Positions 26,218 through 29,720 of a DNA stretch of 29,720 nucleotides are shown here, piece by piece. A program made the translations under genes and the position numbers. Each line of letters opens with the position of its first letter. Position 1 is the stretch's first letter. The DNA is from Nitrospirota bacterium. GTDB taxonomy: Bacteria; Nitrospirota; Thermodesulfovibrionia; Thermodesulfovibrionales; Dissulfurispiraceae. Below the pieces are notes generated by a model, which was given only the letters and a program-made list of their open reading frames with translations, did no database searches and was not told the DNA's origin. The stretch lies in the NCBI GenBank assembly GCA_040758355.1, contig JBFLWF010000027.1, forward strand, positions 1 through 29,720. Reading direction: 5' to 3'.

Positions 26218-27737
26218 AAAAAGGCAAGGTCTATCTCATAGGCGCAGGCCCTGGTGATGTAGGGCTTTTGACAGTAAAAGGCCTGAAATGCCTTCAGAAG
26301 GCCGAGGCTGTCGTATATGATTTCCATCTCAACGCCCAGATATTGAATTACATCAATCACGATGCCGAATTCATATATGCAGGCAAGCGCGGTGGACACC
26401 ATGCAATGACGCAGGATGAGATAAATCAGGCGCTTGTTGATAAGGCAAATGAAGGCAAAATCGTATGCAGATTAAAGGGCGGCGATCCCTTTGTATTCGG
26501 CAGGGGCGGTGAAGAAGCAGAGGTTCTTGTAAATGAGGGTATAGAGTTTGAGGTAATACCCGGTGTCAGTTCTTCCATTGCTGCACCTGCATATGCAGGC
26601 ATTCCATTAACGCATAGGAAATATTCTTCATCCTTTGCAGTTATTACAGGCAACGAAGATATAACAAAGCCAGAAAGCTCCATAGACTGGTCGAAGTTTG
26701 CAAATGGCTTTGACACCCTCGTTTTTTTAATGGGTGTTAAGAACATCGGCGCTATAACTTCAAAACTTATAGAGCACGGCAAGTCTCCAGATACTCCTGT
26801 AGCAGTTGTGAGATGGGGCACAAGGCCTGACCAGAAAACAGTGGTCAGCACCCTGAAAGACATTGCAGGGCTTGTAAAAGAAGAGAATATCAAGCCCCCT
26901 GCTGTAATGGTAATTGGAAATGTGGTCAAATTAAGGGATACATTGAAATGGTATGAAAACAAGCCCCTGTTCGGCAAGCGAATTTTAATCACAAGGGAAT
27001 ACACAAGAGATTATGAAATCCTCGAAGAACTCGGCGCAGAGATATTCGAGTTTCCTACAATAGAGATAGTACCGCCAGAAAGTTACAGAGAATTGGATGA
27101 ATCAATAGATAAGGTAGAAACTTACAACTGGATAATATTCACAAGCGCGAATGGATTCAGATATTTCATGCAGAGGCTTCTCGACAAGGAGAGAGACATT
27201 AGAGATTTAAAGGGCGTCAGGATATGCGCTATCGGAACAAAGACAGCAGAAGCGATAAAAAACTACGGCATCAAAGTGGATTTAATCCCTGAAGAATTCA
27301 CTGCAGAAGGGTTAATAAAAGCCTTCAGCCTTCAGCCTTCAGCCCTCAGCCTTAAAGGATTAAAAATCTTACTTCCTCGTGCTGAGGTTGCAAGGGAAGT
27401 ATTTCCGCAGAAGGTAAGAGAGCTTGGCGGAGAGATAGATACACCTGCTGCATATCGTGCAATCAAGCCTGAAAAGCACGGCAAAAGATTAAAGAGATTT
27501 TTAAAAGAAGGAAGGATTTCTGTTGCAACATTTACAAGCGCTGCTACCTTCAACAATTTCGTGGATATAATGGGCGATGATGCAATAGAGATTTTAAAGG
27601 ATGTAACCATAGCCGTCATAGGCCCTGTGACTGCAAAGGCCATAGAAAAGGCAGGATTAAAAGTCTCCATTATGCCAAAAGAAGCTACTATAAAGGCAAT
27701 GGTTGATGAGATAATCAAATGGGCTGCTAAATCATAG
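26214..27737 (+). CDS. cobA: Fused uroporphyrinogen-III C-methyltransferase / uroporphyrinogen-III synthase (CobA-HemD)
   Basis: [34 protein letters not shown]; then the HemD part [30 protein letters not shown]. Confidence 0.95.
   Translation: MKKGKVYLIGAGPGDVGLLTVKGLKCLQKAEAVVYDFHLNAQILNYINHDAEFIYAGKRGGHHAMTQDEINQALVDKANEGKIVCRLKGGDPFVFGRGGEEAEVLVNEGIEFEVIPGVSSSIAAPAYAGIPLTHRKYSSSFAVITGNEDITKPESSIDWSKFANGFDTLVFLMGVKNIGAITSKLIEHGKSPDTPVAVVRWGTRPDQKTVVSTLKDIAGLVKEENIKPPAVMVIGNVVKLRDTLKWYENKPLFGKRILITREYTRDYEILEELGAEIFEFPTIEIVPPESYRELDESIDKVETYNWIIFTSANGFRYFMQRLLDKERDIRDLKGVRICAIGTKTAEAIKNYGIKVDLIPEEFTAEGLIKAFSLQPSALSLKGLKILLPRAEVAREVFPQKVRELGGEIDTPAAYRAIKPEKHGKRLKRFLKEGRISVATFTSAATFNNFVDIMGDDAIEILKDVTIAVIGPVTAKAIEKAGLKVSIMPKEATIKAMVDEIIKWAAKS
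27320..27354 (+). repeat. In-frame 7-nt tandem repeat (AGCCTTC, 5 units) in the HemD domain
   Basis: AGCCTTC AGCCTTC AGCCTTC AGCCCTC AGCCTTA, encoding [11 protein letters not shown]. Confidence 0.95.
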
Positions 27738-27771
27738 TCGCAATTAATCTGAATTTTTATTGCATTCCAAA

Positions 27772-27808
27772 ATAAAAGGACAGGACTTTACCCACCCTGC
27801 CCTTTTAT
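27772..27808 (+). terminator. Probable terminator after the hem operon
   Basis: ATAAAAGGACAGG ... CCTGCCCTTTTAT with 1 mismatch. Confidence 0.55.
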
Positions 27809-27888
27809 GATATTCTAATAAAAATATCTTACACTGCCTCGTGCACTGTGGGATATCTCTGAACAGCAGGTATTTTGGAAAATATAGG

Positions 27889-27928
27889 CCAGCAGGAAGT
27901 GTAATGCTTCTGCTGGTATTATTTTTTT
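27889..27928 (+). terminator. Second terminator-like hairpin
   Basis: CCAGCAGGAAG...CTTCTGCTGG followed by a T-rich tract. Confidence 0.45.
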
Positions 27929-27995
27929 ACGAACACAGAAGAATGTACTATATATGGTAAACACGAGACATGAAAAACGTAAAAAGGAGGCATAT

Positions 27996-28442
27996 ATGAG
28001 CGAGATAATAATCACGGTTGACCTGGGCACTATTAACGCCTACGAAATTATCAGGGACCCTTTAAAAATCGAAAGCGACAGATTGGAAACGATAAAAAGC
28101 TATGTTACCATCGAACCGCATGCCAGGGCATCGGAAAAATACAGCGGCGCAGCGGGCAGATTCTACCAGGGTGGCGGCACAAGTGGGACGACAGCGGGGT
28201 TTGGAGAACAGCAAAATGTTGAATTGGAAGCTGAAAAGCGACTGATAAAACGCTTAGCTGAAACCATCAATGAACTGGTACTGGGAAAGGACTGCGATAA
28301 ATGGTTTTTGGCCGCAGACAGGAGCATAAACAATCAGATACTCGAAAATCTGAACCTGGCGGTAAAGGCGAAGTTGAAAAAGAACGTTGCAGCAAACCTC
28401 ACGAAGACCGACAAGTCGGAGATCATGGGTTATTTTGCCTGA
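27996..28442 (+). CDS. Host-attachment (AtsE)/baeRF-like protein
   Basis: AAGGAGG Shine-Dalgarno; IIITVDLG, GRF...G.GE, E.EKRLIK.LAE.I, W.LAA, NLTK. Family call is from motif resemblance only. Confidence 0.65.
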   Translation: MSEIIITVDLGTINAYEIIRDPLKIESDRLETIKSYVTIEPHARASEKYSGAAGRFYQGGGTSGTTAGFGEQQNVELEAEKRLIKRLAETINELVLGKDCDKWFLAADRSINNQILENLNLAVKAKLKKNVAANLTKTDKSEIMGYFA

Positions 28443-28532
28443 CTTGGCCATGCGGTGCTGGCTCACAAATTTCCGGCGGCAAGCTAATAAGAACAGAAGG
28501 CTGATCCCTTCTACGCAGATGAACAGGAGGAT

Positions 28533-28955
28533 ATGGCAATGAAAAAAAGAACGATCTATATAACAGAGTTTGACATGGAGCGGTTGAAGAAGCGTCTATT
28601 TGAGTCTGAAACCATTCCCGAGAGGGACAAGGAGAACCTGGCGGAACTTGAGCAGGAATTAATGCGCGCGGAAATCGTTTCACCCAAAGAAATCCCGCAA
28701 GATGTCATTACGATGAATTCCACAGTGCGTCTGAAATATCTCGATACAGAAAAAGAAATGATTTATACCGTAGTTTTTCCTTCTGATGCCGATGTTGCTC
28801 AAAATAAGATATCCGTCCTTGCTCCCATCGGTACCGCATTAATAGGATACGGGGTCGGAGACATTATTACATGGAAGGTGCCGGCGGGGCTGAGAAAATT
28901 GCGAGTAGAAGAAATTATCTACCAGCCGGAAGCTGCTGGACATTATGATCTATAG
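28533..28955 (+). CDS. rnk: Nucleoside diphosphate kinase regulator (GreA/GreB C-terminal domain)
   Basis: IYITEFD.ERL, EL.RAEIV, DVITMNS, ISVLAPIGTALIG, YQPEAAG. Confidence 0.92.
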   Translation: MAMKKRTIYITEFDMERLKKRLFESETIPERDKENLAELEQELMRAEIVSPKEIPQDVITMNSTVRLKYLDTEKEMIYTVVFPSDADVAQNKISVLAPIGTALIGYGVGDIITWKVPAGLRKLRVEEIIYQPEAAGHYDL

Positions 28956-28992
28956 GATATGCATCCCGGCAACATTATGACAGGAGAAACAT

Positions 28993-29607
28993 ATGATTGC
29001 CATCGTGCGTCGCTCTTTCTGGAGAACAGATATTGCAATCGATCTCGGTACTGCTGTTACACGCGTGGCTCTCGGAGAAAGCGCCCCTTTGGTGCGTCCA
29101 TCGCTGGCAGACGGAACACAGGCATTGCGTTCTGGAGTCGTTGCTGATCCCGATGCAACAGTTGCCGTGCTGCGGCCGCTTATCCGGGCGGCGACGAAGT
29201 TTGGGATTATCCGACCCAAGGCATTGGTTTGTGTGCCAACGGATGTAAACGAGCAGGAGCGAGAGGCTGTGGTCGACTGCCTCATCAGGGCTGGGGCCTC
29301 GACAACTGTTGTCGTCCCTGAACCGCTTGCGGCAGCTATCGGCTCCGGAGTTGATATGCTGTCACCATATGCTCATATGATCCTCGATATCGGCGAAGGA
29401 GTCACCGACTGCGCAATTATTAAAGAAGGCGCTATCATAGCAAGCCGAGCAGTTCGCGTCGGTTGTTGCGAGCTACGGGAAGCAGTAAAGAAAGGGGTCA
29501 TGGAGAAATGGAGTATTTCTGTCACACATGATGCGGCAGAGTACGGCATGCGAAACTTCGATATTTCATATCCGTATCGTGATAAAGAATACGGGCTCTT
29601 CGTGTAA
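28993..29607 (+). pseudogene. Divergent MreB-like actin ATPase truncated by the IS at 29593/29594
   Basis: DIAIDLGTA, ALVCVP, EREAV, EPLAAAIGSG, DIGEGVTD. The terminal GLFV* is read across the junction into the IS end. Confidence 0.8.
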
Positions 29608-29720
29608 TCGAGTGGGTCATTTTATATCTCCTTGAGCATACATGTAAGTATTTTCAGGCGCAGATACTCCTCGTCTCTGAGACCGTAAGCCCTTCTCTGT
29701 ATAACACGAATTTTGTTGTT
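29594..29720 (-). mobile_element. 3' end of a second, identical ISL3-family IS copy (inverted)
   Basis: Begins GGCTCTTCGTGTAATCGAGTGGG; the minus strand 29720..29622 reads NNKIRVIQRRAYGLRDEEYLRLKILTCMLKEI*. Confidence 0.9.

Noticed and set aside
1640..27718. Numerous antisense and overlapping ORFs within housekeeping genes
   Set aside because: They are codon-bias shadows of well-supported genes with no independent evidence.
1..29720. Composite transposon carrying the whole block
   Set aside because: The cargo is core chromosomal genes, and the outer ends and target duplications are not visible. Two independent insertions at contig breaks is the simpler explanation.

Overview
Chromosomal segment of an anaerobic bacterium of moderate GC. 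Gene order and content (ccsA-hemA-hemC-cobA/hemD, dprA-topA, octaheme cytochrome) suggest Nitrospirota or a Deltaproteobacteria-like lineage, which is an inference. Both ends of the window are the identical 3' end of an ISL3-family IS in inverted orientation, and each copy truncates a gene (a secreted, probably TPR-type protein on the left, an MreB-like gene on the right). Between them are mostly housekeeping genes: a DUF433/DUF5615 toxin-antitoxin pair, lsrF, a Zn-dependent dehydrogenase, a MurC-like ligase, an MFS transporter, rnc-fabF-acpP-fabG, glgC, DUF488, an ATP-dependent DNA ligase, panC, an octaheme OTR-family cytochrome with a small partner ending in -GC, GYD, TusA-like, Mth938-like, argG, dprA, topA, heme biosynthesis genes and rnk. 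The most unusual signal lies outside the gene list: many tiny repeat elements. These are (i) 7-8 nt tandem repeats embedded in frame in conserved enzymes, three sharing the unit AGCnnTC; (ii) intergenic head-to-head inverted arrays of such repeats at operon break points; and (iii) palindromes of 27-189 nt with GNA triloops, two of them inside coding sequences. No enzyme that could mobilise them is visible in this window.
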